Below, piece by piece: positions 45,602 through 45,944 of a stretch of 45,944 bases of DNA. Each line of letters begins with the position of its first letter. The stretch's first letter is position 1. The translations under genes and the position numbers were made by a program. Source of the DNA: a virus (Duplodnaviria; Caudoviricetes); the IMG/VR virus record IMGVR_UViG_3300042401_002914, positions 1 through 45,944 of that record; one strand, given 5' to 3'. A model generated the notes under the pieces. That model was not told the DNA's origin. It was given only the letters and a program-made list of their open reading frames with translations, and ran no database searches.

Positions 45602-45944
45602 TGAGTGAATTAATTAATAATCTAGTAAACTTTCCTACTATAAATTGTATAACTTTAGAAAAAGCTGTACAAAGACAAAATTTTTTATTAGAAAGTTTTC
45701 AAAAATATAATTTAAAGTACAAATTTTGTTATGGATATGATGGCATAAATAATAAATCTGGCAATATAAAAGATATTGCTGATATATCTAGTCCATTTTT
45801 ACATCAAATGAATACAGGTGAAATATGCACAAGTATATCTCATCTTAAATGTATACATGATTGGTATTATAACACTGAAGAAGAATATGGATTTTTTTGT
45901 GAAGATGATGTTTTACTTTCTTTAAGTGATAATTGGAATTTTAA
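45601..45944 (+). CDS. Glycosyltransferase family 25, paralog 3 (3'-truncated)
   Basis: Manual translation from ATG 45601: INCITLE...R...GEICTSISHLKCI...FFCEDDV; runs off the window end. Not in the ORF track. Confidence 0.8.
   Translation, partial: MSELINNLVNFPTINCITLEKAVQRQNFLLESFQKYNLKYKFCYGYDGINNKSGNIKDIADISSPFLHQMNTGEICTSISHLKCIHDWYYNTEEEYGFFCEDDVLLSLSDNWNF

Noticed and set aside
1-45944. Stop-codon reassignment (alternative genetic code)
   Set aside because: Conserved genes are full length in code 11, coding density is high, and TAA, TAG and TGA all end genes.
31922-45944. Bacterial chromosomal LPS/capsule locus rather than phage DNA
   Set aside because: It is contiguous and co-oriented with phage-type replication genes, shares the Pro-Gly codon bias (34060, 40320, 44793), and lacks transport or polymerase genes.

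Overview
AT-rich segment of a large tailed-phage (Caudoviricetes-like) genome, standard genetic code, almost all genes on the + strand. Layout: (1) 1-2917, three proteins with no motif I recognise, possibly the end of a virion module. (2) About 2986-3369, a non-coding, GC-richer, densely base-paired element with GNRA/UNCG loops and a candidate long-range pseudoknot. It looks like a ~385-nt structured ncRNA that I cannot assign to a family. (3) 3462-31909, nucleotide metabolism, replication and recombination: DUF5664 dNTP diphosphohydrolase, ClpP-like protease, NrdB/NrdA, Gmd, MazG-like NTP-PPase, ThyX, RecA, two DUF559-like nucleases, an RNAP alpha-CTD-like protein, DnaB, primase, PD-(D/E)XK nuclease, a Pol III in separate PHP / exonuclease / DnaE genes, SSB, SSAP, a sigma factor, dCMP deaminase and RNA ligase, with glycosyltransferases interleaved. 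(4) 31922-45944, a ~14-kb glycan-biosynthesis island: GT25 x3, GT11 and GT10 fucosyltransferases, GDP-fucose synthase, methyltransferases and a 2OG-Fe(II) oxygenase. Main observations beyond the gene calls: the structured RNA, an unannotated antisense 55-aa (G-V/I-Q)11 mini-collagen gene, apparent CCWGG avoidance (all 16 Pro-Gly junctions I found use CCC/CCG), a GT9 split across two ORFs, and two candidate promoter classes. All family calls come from motif recognition by eye; no database searches were run.
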